This document shows positions 24,725 through 32,000 of a stretch of 32,000 nt of DNA, in pieces (the first letter of the stretch is position 1; the number at the start of each line of letters is the position of its first letter). The DNA is from Candidatus Lokiarchaeum ossiferum (GTDB lineage: Archaea > Asgardarchaeota > Lokiarchaeia > Sigyniarchaeales > Promethearchaeaceae): NCBI GenBank assembly GCA_025839675.1, contig CP104013.1:1860001-1892000 (forward strand). The letters are read 5' to 3'. The notes below the pieces were generated by a model. The model did not search any database. It worked only from the letters and a program-made list of their open reading frames with translations, and was not told the DNA's origin. The position numbers and the translations under genes were made by a program.

Positions 24725-26014
24725 TCAATTAACAATTATGCTGTTTTTTCCCACTTTTTCAGCCATAAATGGTTTCAAGAAGAAGATAGATACCCAGTAT
24801 AATGGGACTAAGAATATTTCAACGAAAATCGAGATAATGAATGGAGCCCTATGATCAACACGATCCCAGACTAAACCTCCAATATTAGGCCCAAAAAATC
24901 CACCCAAAAGTTTCATCCATTCAGCCATTCCGAAGATTTTCCCTCGATGTAATTGAGAAGTCCGGCTAAGGACATTTTCCATTAAAAGTAGATTAGCTCG
25001 TGCGAAAGTGAAATCAAAGGTGAGCAAAAGACTGAAAACAACGGGAGAAGAAGTCTGAATGAGAAACCAAGTCATTGCCCCACCGATACAACTTAAGAAT
25101 AAAATACCCACACGTGGATTGATGCGATCACAAATTTTCCCCATGTAGGGCGCCATCAATAAGGAGGTAATTTGGGCGGGAAAATATATGAGCATGACGA
25201 GAGTAGGATTTTGGATGATATTTTCAATCAGATAGACTTGCAAAAAGGGTTCAGCCAAAGTATCGTTCATCCGGCTTGCCATCAGAGCAAGAGTTAACAA
25301 AAAAAATGCCCCTAAAAATTTCTTGGACATTTTGTTTGATTCCATTTGAGTGGGTAGACCTTCAGAGGAATTTTTGATTACAAGTTCAGATTGCTCGTTA
25401 CGATCACTATTATAAGAGAAGATTTTTTCTTTTTTAAACTCCGCAAACGAGTAATGCTCATCCACATTTCGGTAAAAATACAGCCCTGCAAAGATATTAA
25501 TAACTGCAAAAATTAGAAAGGGGGAATAGACGATTAATAACTTATCCGGAATAAAATGGTGAGCTAAAGTGAAAACAGAAAAGCTGAAAGCTGAACCAGC
25601 CAAACTCCCCCATCCAATCATGCTACTCCTTTTTCCGTAGGCTTCTGATCGAAAGTATTTATTCGATTTTTCCGCAACGAGTGAATTGAAGGGGGGCCAA
25701 AAAAATCCCACTAAAACACCTTGGGTAAAAATTCCCGCTCCAAAGAGAGGTATGGAGTGCAACACAATGGATAAATAATACATAATATAAGAAATACAAC
25801 GACCTAAAGCCCCCACCATGACAAGTTTCTTTTTAGAGACCCGATCTGTCAGATAACCGATTAAGGGAGTGCTAAGAAGTCTTCCAAAAGCTTGAAGAGA
25901 GACGATTAAGCCCATCTCAGATCCACTAGCTCCAAATAATTGAATCGGTACATAAGAAACAATAAAGCCAAAAAAGAGAAATCCAAGACTATTCCAAAAC
26001 ACAATTTGAATCAT
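24725..26014 (-). CDS. MFS-type transporter (429 aa), paralog A
   Basis: Multiple hydrophobic helices. The motif-A-like GYLTDRVSKKK follows TM2. It is collinear with the ORF at 28677-30026 (FWNSLGFLFFGF/FWNSMGFFFFNF; FWPPFNSLVAEKSNK/FWPPFNALVSEKSNK; APFIISIFVE/SPFIISIFVE). Confidence 0.85.
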   Translation of the reverse strand: MIQIVFWNSLGFLFFGFIVSYVPIQLFGASGSEMGLIVSLQAFGRLLSTPLIGYLTDRVSKKKLVMVGALGRCISYIMYYLSIVLHSIPLFGAGIFTQGVLVGFFWPPFNSLVAEKSNKYFRSEAYGKRSSMIGWGSLAGSAFSFSVFTLAHHFIPDKLLIVYSPFLIFAVINIFAGLYFYRNVDEHYSFAEFKKEKIFSYNSDRNEQSELVIKNSSEGLPTQMESNKMSKKFLGAFFLLTLALMASRMNDTLAEPFLQVYLIENIIQNPTLVMLIYFPAQITSLLMAPYMGKICDRINPRVGILFLSCIGGAMTWFLIQTSSPVVFSLLLTFDFTFARANLLLMENVLSRTSQLHRGKIFGMAEWMKLLGGFFGPNIGGLVWDRVDHRAPFIISIFVEIFLVPLYWVSIFFLKPFMAEKVGKNSIIVN

Positions 26015-26192
26015 CGGTTTAAAATCAGGGGTAACGATAGGATCATTAATCGATTGTGCTCGCTTTTTTATTTGAAATGGTATGATTTATCCCCAGATCA
26101 AATGAATGGAGGATGAAATAAGTAAGTTATCAATTTTCACAAACGACAAATAGGATGATTACTTTACCTTAACCAGAAAGTGATTGTCTGTT

Positions 26193-27485
26193 ATGACCTC
26201 AAAAATTCCTTCCCCAGAACTCTTAGCTCCGTTGAGTAATTGGAAATCCCTCGAACCTCAAACGAATATTTTAAGAAATGCTGACGCCTTTTACTTTGGT
26301 TTAGATACAAATTTTTCCATGCGAGCCAGAGCAGACAATTTTTCAATAGATGATTTGACCAAACTTGTCACTACTATCCACGAAGCCCACCGAAAATGCT
26401 ATCTCACCACCAATATCTTGATATATAATACTGAACTTGTTGAATTACACCAAACAATCAAATTGGCAAAAGACGCAGGTGTGGATGCTCTAATATGTCA
26501 TGATCTTGCAACAATAATGATAGCAAAACAGGTAGGAATCCCCTTTCATATCTCTACTCAAGCGAACATTTCAAACAAAATTGCGGCAAAATTTTATGAA
26601 TCACTTGGAGCAGAACGCCTTATTCTCGCACGAGAAGTTAATTTGGAAGATATTAAGGATATAGTTTCAGAAGTTTCTATCCCGGTAGAGTGTTTTGTGC
26701 ACGGAGCAATGTGTACTGCGGTTAGTGGCCGATGTTATCTCTCTGCCGACTTGATGCAACACAATTCTGAATTTTCAGCAAATCGCGGAAAATGCGTCCA
26801 ACCTTGCCGTCGGTATTTTACTTTCCAAGGAGAAGAAGGGGAATTATTAGATTATGATCAATTTTCTGGTATGTTCTTTAATGCTAAAGACTTATGTATG
26901 ATCGGCCATATTCCGGAATTAATTGAAGCGGGAATTGCGAGTTTCAAAATTGAGGGCCGAATGCGCGATCCACTATATCTTACAGAAGTTGTTGGGTGCT
27001 ATCGCGAAGCTATTTCAAGTTATTATGAAAATACATACACCCAAGAGAAAGTGGACAAATGGTTGAATAAATTAACTCATGTATTTAATCGTGGCTTTCA
27101 TACAGGGTATTATTTTAATCGTCCAAACATTGAAGATATAGAAAAAAATGTACGAGGCAACATATCAACTTGGCAAAAAAAACAAATTGGAAAAGTAACC
27201 AATTACTATCGCAAGGCAATGGCCATCGAAATAGATCTCTTTGATGAATATTTGCACGAAGGACAAGAAATTGTGATTGAAAACCGATCTTCTTTTTTTC
27301 ATAAGCAAATAATTACCTCACTTCAATTGGAAGGCGCATTAGTTGAGGAAACACCAATGGCGAATCGCGAAAATCATATTATTGTAGGCATCAAAGTAGA
27401 TCGTCCTGTGCCAATAAATGCCCTCGTGTATATCATGGAAAATCGTTCTAAACCAAAAATATTTCCCAAGAAGGATCATATATAA
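26193..27485 (+). CDS. Peptidase U32 family protein
   Basis: ECFVHGAMCTAVSGRCYLS matches the U32 signature E-x-F-x(2)-G-[SA]-[LIVM]-C-x(4)-G-x-C-x-[LIVM]-S exactly. The N-terminal ELLAP...ADAFYFG is typical of the family. The track ORF starts at a TTG (26184); the ATG at 26193 is taken as the start. Confidence 0.9.
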   Translation: MTSKIPSPELLAPLSNWKSLEPQTNILRNADAFYFGLDTNFSMRARADNFSIDDLTKLVTTIHEAHRKCYLTTNILIYNTELVELHQTIKLAKDAGVDALICHDLATIMIAKQVGIPFHISTQANISNKIAAKFYESLGAERLILAREVNLEDIKDIVSEVSIPVECFVHGAMCTAVSGRCYLSADLMQHNSEFSANRGKCVQPCRRYFTFQGEEGELLDYDQFSGMFFNAKDLCMIGHIPELIEAGIASFKIEGRMRDPLYLTEVVGCYREAISSYYENTYTQEKVDKWLNKLTHVFNRGFHTGYYFNRPNIEDIEKNVRGNISTWQKKQIGKVTNYYRKAMAIEIDLFDEYLHEGQEIVIENRSSFFHKQIITSLQLEGALVEETPMANRENHIIVGIKVDRPVPINALVYIMENRSKPKIFPKKDHI

Positions 27486-27511
27486 GCAATCTTAACAAAA
27501 TAACTAGTGAC

Positions 27512-27895
27512 ATGTTTCGTGTTAAAATGAATAAGTATCTTGCACAGTTTGCTGAAGTATCAATTCTGCGATCCACCGGAAGTTGCAATTTTTTCGGATT
27601 AGAATCGAAAGGCCGAAAGCAGATACGAGGGAATGGAGTCTTAGTACTCACAACCCAAGAACTTTGTTTTCAAATGTATCTGCCCACAAGAGAATGGCGC
27701 ATCCCTTTGTCATCTATTACATCAATAGAAACCCCAAAAAGTCACTTAGGTAAAACCAAATTTCGTCCTTTATTAATGGTCAAATTTATCAACAATGAAG
27801 GACTACCCGACTCGATAGCATGGTGGATTTTAGAATTAGACAAATGGGTTAAAGATATCCAGCAAGCAAGGGAGAAGGCCAAATCTAGTTTTTAA
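27512..27895 (+). CDS. Small protein with a PH-like/GRAM-like sequence pattern
   Basis: GNGVLVLTTQELCFQMYL...WRIPLSSITSIETPK...LLMVKF...DSIAWWILELDKWVKDIQQA resembles GRAM/bacterial-PH folds (G.l.lT...l.F......ipl..I..ie, then a C-terminal helix). It lies 26 nt after the U32 gene on the same strand. Fold assignment is by eye. Confidence 0.6.
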   Translation: MFRVKMNKYLAQFAEVSILRSTGSCNFFGLESKGRKQIRGNGVLVLTTQELCFQMYLPTREWRIPLSSITSIETPKSHLGKTKFRPLLMVKFINNEGLPDSIAWWILELDKWVKDIQQAREKAKSSF

Positions 27896-28109
27896 CAATT
27901 CTAAGGAAAATTACCAATCTTTTTCTAATACTAACGCATGGCTAATCCCCCATTGTTTGTCTCTTATATATCTTTAGATTAGAGAACCGCTACCAAATTT
28001 ATGAGTGAAATTAAGAAAATTTAATCTATCTTTTTTTGTCGTCATTTTATTGCAATTTTTCCAATATGAATATTATTAGTACTCACCTTCCTACTTTCAT
28101 TGTATAACG

Positions 28110-28409
28110 ATGGCTAGACGAGTTGTTCTACGATGTCCAATTTGTGGAAAGGCCTCCCTCCATAAGTTAAGTAATGATCTCATAACTAAAAGAGAACAAA
28201 ATTCATTGGGGATAGTGCCAATATTGGTTGATCATGTGGTATGTGAGCACCTCTTTTTGATTTATGTAGATGCTCACATGGCTATAAGAAACTATATGCC
28301 TGTTTCAAATTTCAATGACCATCCTTATGAATTAAAAATTGAAGAAAAAAAGATTTTGGGGTTTAATTCAGCCCCATTAAAAGAAAAAGAACAAGTTACT
28401 GCATATTAA
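28110..28409 (+). CDS. Hypothetical 99-aa protein with an N-terminal CPICG knuckle
   Basis: ORF in the track. It has a single CxxC plus a later CEH. No family recognised. Confidence 0.45.
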   Translation: MARRVVLRCPICGKASLHKLSNDLITKREQNSLGIVPILVDHVVCEHLFLIYVDAHMAIRNYMPVSNFNDHPYELKIEEKKILGFNSAPLKEKEQVTAY

Positions 28410-28552
28410 ACAAGAATTCTGTCTTTCTGCTCAATTATTGGTAATTCAAAGATTTTATCTTTGTTTGGATTTCGTTCCATTCTTATCTCTATCCTATCTT
28501 CAATGAAATGCATAATGTTATTGGGATCCATTAGTTTTGCGATATTAGTCAT
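28406..28552 (-). CDS. Candidate small protein (48 aa), below the length cut-off of the ORF track
   Basis: The minus strand reads GGAGGGTTGTAAAATATG, a strong SD 9 nt upstream of the ATG at 28552-28550. My translation is MTNIAKLMDPNNIMHFIEDRIEIRMERNPNKDKIFELPIIEQKDRILV*. Its stop (28408-28406) overlaps the stop of the convergent 99-aa ORF. Confidence 0.35.
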   Translation of the reverse strand: MTNIAKLMDPNNIMHFIEDRIEIRMERNPNKDKIFELPIIEQKDRILV

Positions 28553-28676
28553 ATTTTACAACCCTCCATTATATTGCGAAGCCCAATTATAAAAAAGTCT
28601 ATAAAAAAATGGACAATTGGTAATAATTTATTCGAAAAAATTATGAATCTATTTTAATTAAACAATTTACGCTAAA

Positions 28677-30026
28677 ATGGCTAAACTCACAGAAAATAGC
28701 AATAGTTTCTCAGAAAAAGTTACCCCTGATTTTAATTCTATGATAAAAATCTTGTTTTGGAACAGTATGGGCTTTTTTTTCTTCAATTTCATGGTCCCCT
28801 ATGTAACTGGACAATTGATGGATGCTTCTGGAACACAATTAGGATTTATGTTTTCAGCTTTCACAATTGGGGCGATAATTTCCACACCTCTTGTTGGTTA
28901 TTTTACCGATAGAAGTTCGAAGAAAAATTTAGTGCTTTTTGGTTCTATCGGTAGAGGAATATCCTATATTTGGATGTACATAACAATCTTATTTCGATCT
29001 TTAATTGGATTTACAGGCTCAATGCTCTTTTTAGGTATGTCTGTAGGCGTTTTTTGGCCTCCCTTCAATGCTTTGGTTTCGGAAAAATCCAATAAAGAAA
29101 ATAGGTCCACAGCATTCGGTAAAAGTTATGGTAAAATGGGAATTGGAAATTTAGTAGGGGCTTGTATCGGTGTTCCAATTTTTGTTGTTATTGACAATTT
29201 TTTCCCAGGACTCGAATTTATCCAATATTCACCTTTACTTCTTTATGCTATTTCAAATTTTTACGCTGGGATCTACTTCTCTAAAAATGTTGATGAAGAT
29301 CTGACTTATGATCGCTTCCTGAATTCAGAAGTTGAATCGCTTCCACAGCAAAATATGGAAAAATTATCTAATAATGAAGAGGATGTCAAGGAATTTTTAA
29401 AATCTGAACCTTCAAAAGAACCATTTTTTAAAAATATGCCGAAGGGGTTAGCTTTTGGGCTTTTACTTATGATTTTGGGAATGTTTTTTGCCAATATGAA
29501 TGAATCCATGGCTTACCCATTTTTACAAGCATATTTAACGGCCAACATCCAAGATAATGCGACAATTATTATGCTCATTTATTTTCCATCAGGCATATTA
29601 ACACTGATTATTTCCCCCAAGATTGGTGAACTCTGTGATAAGATTAACCTCCCTTTGGGTGTAGCCCTTTCATCTTTTTTAGGTGCCCTTACTACGTTTT
29701 TCTTGATTCGAACGGATTCAGAAATTCTGTTTTCTCTTTTATTAATTATTGATTCCACATTAGCAACTGCAGGAGGTCTAATATTGCAAAATGTGATGTC
29801 CCGAGTGAATAAAACTAACCGTGGGAAACTTTTCGGATTACAAGGATGGTTAGGTCGTTTAGGAGGAGTTTTGGGCCCAATTATTGGAGGCTTGGCTTGG
29901 GATAAATTTGGAACTCAATCTCCTTTCATTATTAGTATTTTTGTTGAATTGGCTTTAATTCCCATATTTATTCTGACCCTGAAAACTTTGGAACCAGTTA
30001 TGGAGGAAAAAATTTCTAAAAAATAA
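28677..30026 (+). CDS. MFS-type transporter (449 aa), paralog B
   Basis: Multiple hydrophobic helices and the motif GYFTDRSSKKN. Collinear with 24725-26014, which lies on the opposite strand. Confidence 0.85.
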   Translation: MAKLTENSNSFSEKVTPDFNSMIKILFWNSMGFFFFNFMVPYVTGQLMDASGTQLGFMFSAFTIGAIISTPLVGYFTDRSSKKNLVLFGSIGRGISYIWMYITILFRSLIGFTGSMLFLGMSVGVFWPPFNALVSEKSNKENRSTAFGKSYGKMGIGNLVGACIGVPIFVVIDNFFPGLEFIQYSPLLLYAISNFYAGIYFSKNVDEDLTYDRFLNSEVESLPQQNMEKLSNNEEDVKEFLKSEPSKEPFFKNMPKGLAFGLLLMILGMFFANMNESMAYPFLQAYLTANIQDNATIIMLIYFPSGILTLIISPKIGELCDKINLPLGVALSSFLGALTTFFLIRTDSEILFSLLLIIDSTLATAGGLILQNVMSRVNKTNRGKLFGLQGWLGRLGGVLGPIIGGLAWDKFGTQSPFIISIFVELALIPIFILTLKTLEPVMEEKISKK

Positions 30027-30358
30027 AAAAAAACGAAAAATAAACCTGTGAAGTTATAGAGGACCATTGTTACCTCACCATTTAATAAGAGGGTTTACCA
30101 AATTACAATAACAAACAAATTTTTTGTGGATCAACAATGGGAAAATTGAATCAATTTTTATTAGTCATAGAGAATCGGTTATTTGACATTGAACTGGACG
30201 AAGAAATCCAAACCCTTGAAAACGAAGTTATTCCCTACATCCGAAACAATCCAAACTGGTTATATCACAGTTGATGTGACTTTTTTCACAGTTTTTATAA
30301 TTTAAATATTCTAAAATAGCAGATCTTGTTAAATAAGAATAAAAATGAAGAAAAAGAA

Positions 30359-30844
30359 TTAATATTTCGTTTTAACTTCCTTGGTCACGAAGCAGGTTTC
30401 TTTGATCGAGACTCCGGAAATTTTCGAGATTTGATCTTCTATTAAAGGATCCAAATGTTCGAGAGAAGGCAATTCAACTCTTACAAAAACACCACAATCG
30501 CCACTAAGTCGCCAAATGTCTGTTATAGCATCAATTTTAAGCAATTCTTCAGTAATGCTTTTTATTTTATTTAAGTCAGGTTGTATTTTAATTGTTGCTT
30601 TGGTTGGATTATCAAGGCGTTTTTCATCTAGAACGATAGTAAATTTTCGGATAATTTGATCCCGAATCATTCGATTGACTCTTCTTCTGACAGTCGCTTC
30701 AGTTTTCCCAATTTCATCAGCAATTTGACGATAGGAAGTGCGAGCATCATTCTTTAAAATGGAAATAATATTACGATCGATAAGATCAATATGGGGTTTT
30801 TCTTCATGCTCCATATTACCACCACTATTATAATTAGAAATCAT
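30359..30844 (-). CDS. Lrp/AsnC-family transcriptional regulator
   Basis: LIDRNIISILKNDARTSYRQIADEIGKTEATVRRRVNRMIRDQIIRKFTIVLD is the Lrp/AsnC HTH. A RAM-like C-terminal half follows (ATIKIQ...ITDIWRLSGDCGVFVRVELPSLEHL). The start may be M11 (30814), which is preceded by GGTGGT. Confidence 0.85.
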   Translation of the reverse strand: MISNYNSGGNMEHEEKPHIDLIDRNIISILKNDARTSYRQIADEIGKTEATVRRRVNRMIRDQIIRKFTIVLDEKRLDNPTKATIKIQPDLNKIKSITEELLKIDAITDIWRLSGDCGVFVRVELPSLEHLDPLIEDQISKISGVSIKETCFVTKEVKTKY

Positions 30845-31128
30845 TGAAATGTCCTCACTTGATTTAATTTAAAATGAATTAAAAAATTATTGGTTTTGAT
30901 CATTATAAGGCTTTTTCCCGAAATTTAGTGATAAAAGTCAATGATAAAATTCAATTAACAAAATTGAGTGATATATTTTTGAAACTTACATTTTTGAAAA
31001 ATAGGAAGTTCCCTAATTCAATGCACTTTTTTCTAAATTTGATATAAATTATGGATGATATTGATGAATTTTCTACAAAAAAGAATCAATAAATTGATAT
31101 TATCAACACTCTATTTTGAATTTGATTT

Positions 31129-31971
31129 TTAAATGATCCAAGGCATTGCGACAAAATTATACATTGAATGAATCACAAACCCAAGTATCAATGATTCTCC
31201 CCACTCATTTCGCAAGAAACACAAAAATAAACCGACAAAAAAAGCGGAATAGAAAATCATGAAACTGAAAACATGCCAAAAAGCAAATAATACAGCAGAA
31301 CAAAATGCTTCAATCAAGATGAAATAATTCCGATTTAATTTTTTTGCAAATTGATTCCATTCTTTAACTCTAGAATAAAAAAATCCGCGAAAATATAATT
31401 CTTCGACTAAAGGGGCTTGAATACAGGAATAAAAAATATAAGCCCATGTTGATTTTTCGGGAAACCTCACAACTAAAGGATTAAAATCAATTAAAACATT
31501 CAAAATACTTAAAATCAAGATAAAAATTAATGCAATGGTTAAAATTTGCACCCAACGATGTTCTTGAACAGGTTTTTTTGGTAAATGGAGTATGATCTTT
31601 GAAAATTCTTCTTTTAGAACACCTTTCTGAAATATCGAAAGCCAAAGTAACAAAAGAGGATAGGAGAGAAACAATTTCCATGTTATTGGAAAATATTCAA
31701 CTCCCATGATTATAATAGCCGTACCCGTAATAAATATAATAATTTCCAAACCCATTTGATGCAATTTTAAAGGTTTATCATTAAATAATTCGATTTTCTC
31801 CCACTCAAAAAAATCAGAATCAGTCCCTTCTGCAAAAGTGAACCATCGTAAAATCGCTTTTTCGGGATTTTGCTTATTTTTAAATAATCCAACGAGCACA
31901 CTGATGATTGCAGCCGCTAACAAAATCCCCAAGGCAGCTGCTAAGAAATTAAAATCCACTGCAGCCATCAT
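31129..31971 (-). CDS. CPBP (CAAX/Abi-type) intramembrane glutamic endopeptidase family protein
   Basis: Polytopic hydrophobic protein with EELYFRGFF (the EExxxR motif), FAFWHV (FxxxH) and HSMYNF (HxxxN). Confidence 0.8.
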   Translation of the reverse strand: MMAAVDFNFLAAALGILLAAAIISVLVGLFKNKQNPEKAILRWFTFAEGTDSDFFEWEKIELFNDKPLKLHQMGLEIIIFITGTAIIIMGVEYFPITWKLFLSYPLLLLWLSIFQKGVLKEEFSKIILHLPKKPVQEHRWVQILTIALIFILILSILNVLIDFNPLVVRFPEKSTWAYIFYSCIQAPLVEELYFRGFFYSRVKEWNQFAKKLNRNYFILIEAFCSAVLFAFWHVFSFMIFYSAFFVGLFLCFLRNEWGESLILGFVIHSMYNFVAMPWII

Positions 31972-32000
31972 ATTAAAAGCTTCAATTTTGTTTAATAAGA

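Noticed and set aside
24445-24802. ORFs at 24445-24654 (+, 69 aa) and 24596-24802 (+, 68 aa) between hsp20 and the MFS gene.
   Set aside because: No convincing SD and no motif. They overlap each other, and the second overlaps the MFS 3' end. The oligo-T after hsp20 suggests transcription stops before them. They may still be real small genes, but I cannot support that.
30137-30274. 45-codon plus-strand ORF (MGKLNQFLLVIENRLFDIELDEEIQTLENEVIPYIRNNPNWLYHS) in the spacer after the second MFS gene.
   Set aside because: No SD-like motif upstream and no recognisable family. It is too short to call from sequence alone.
27448-31681. Minus-strand ORFs at 27448-27651, 29306-29509 and 31487-31681.
   Set aside because: They are antisense to, or out of frame within, the PH-like gene, the MFS gene and the CPBP gene respectively.
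1-32000. Search for tRNA/rRNA genes, CRISPR arrays, and prophage or IS elements.
   Set aside because: No spacer-separated direct repeats, no GC-rich cloverleaf-like segments in the intergenic regions, and no ORF with transposase, integrase or Cas-like motifs were seen.

Overview
AT-rich (roughly one-third GC by eye) prokaryotic window. It is probably archaeal, judging from an Lrp/AsnC regulator, oligo-T tracts after genes, and giant surface proteins rich in N-x-S/T sequons with LamG and DUF2341-like modules. This placement is inference; no rRNA or tRNA is present to confirm it.

The left two-thirds (1-21652) is a minus-strand array of three huge surface proteins with signal peptides: at least 1948 aa (runs off the left edge), 2017 aa and 2289 aa. 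Each of the two complete proteins ends in one TM helix plus a conserved 79-aa cytoplasmic tail. Each is followed, 1 nt after its stop codon, by a 377-aa soluble protein.

The two 377-aa proteins are identical over residues 1-360, yet their genes differ at about 60 synonymous sites by hand count. Their sequence pattern suggests a longin/roadblock-like N-domain plus two winged helices. I read this as a repeated two-gene module of a variable giant ectodomain receptor/adhesin and an invariant cytoplasmic partner, and I could not assign it to any described system. It is the main candidate for novelty.

The right third (21962-32000) holds ordinary genes:
- a zinc-ribbon membrane protein
- a PadR regulator with TTCGAA repeats upstream
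- an Hsp20
- two paralogous MFS transporters flanking a U32 peptidase and a PH/GRAM-like protein
- an Lrp/AsnC regulator
- a CPBP protease

No tRNA, rRNA, CRISPR array, transposase or integrase was recognised.
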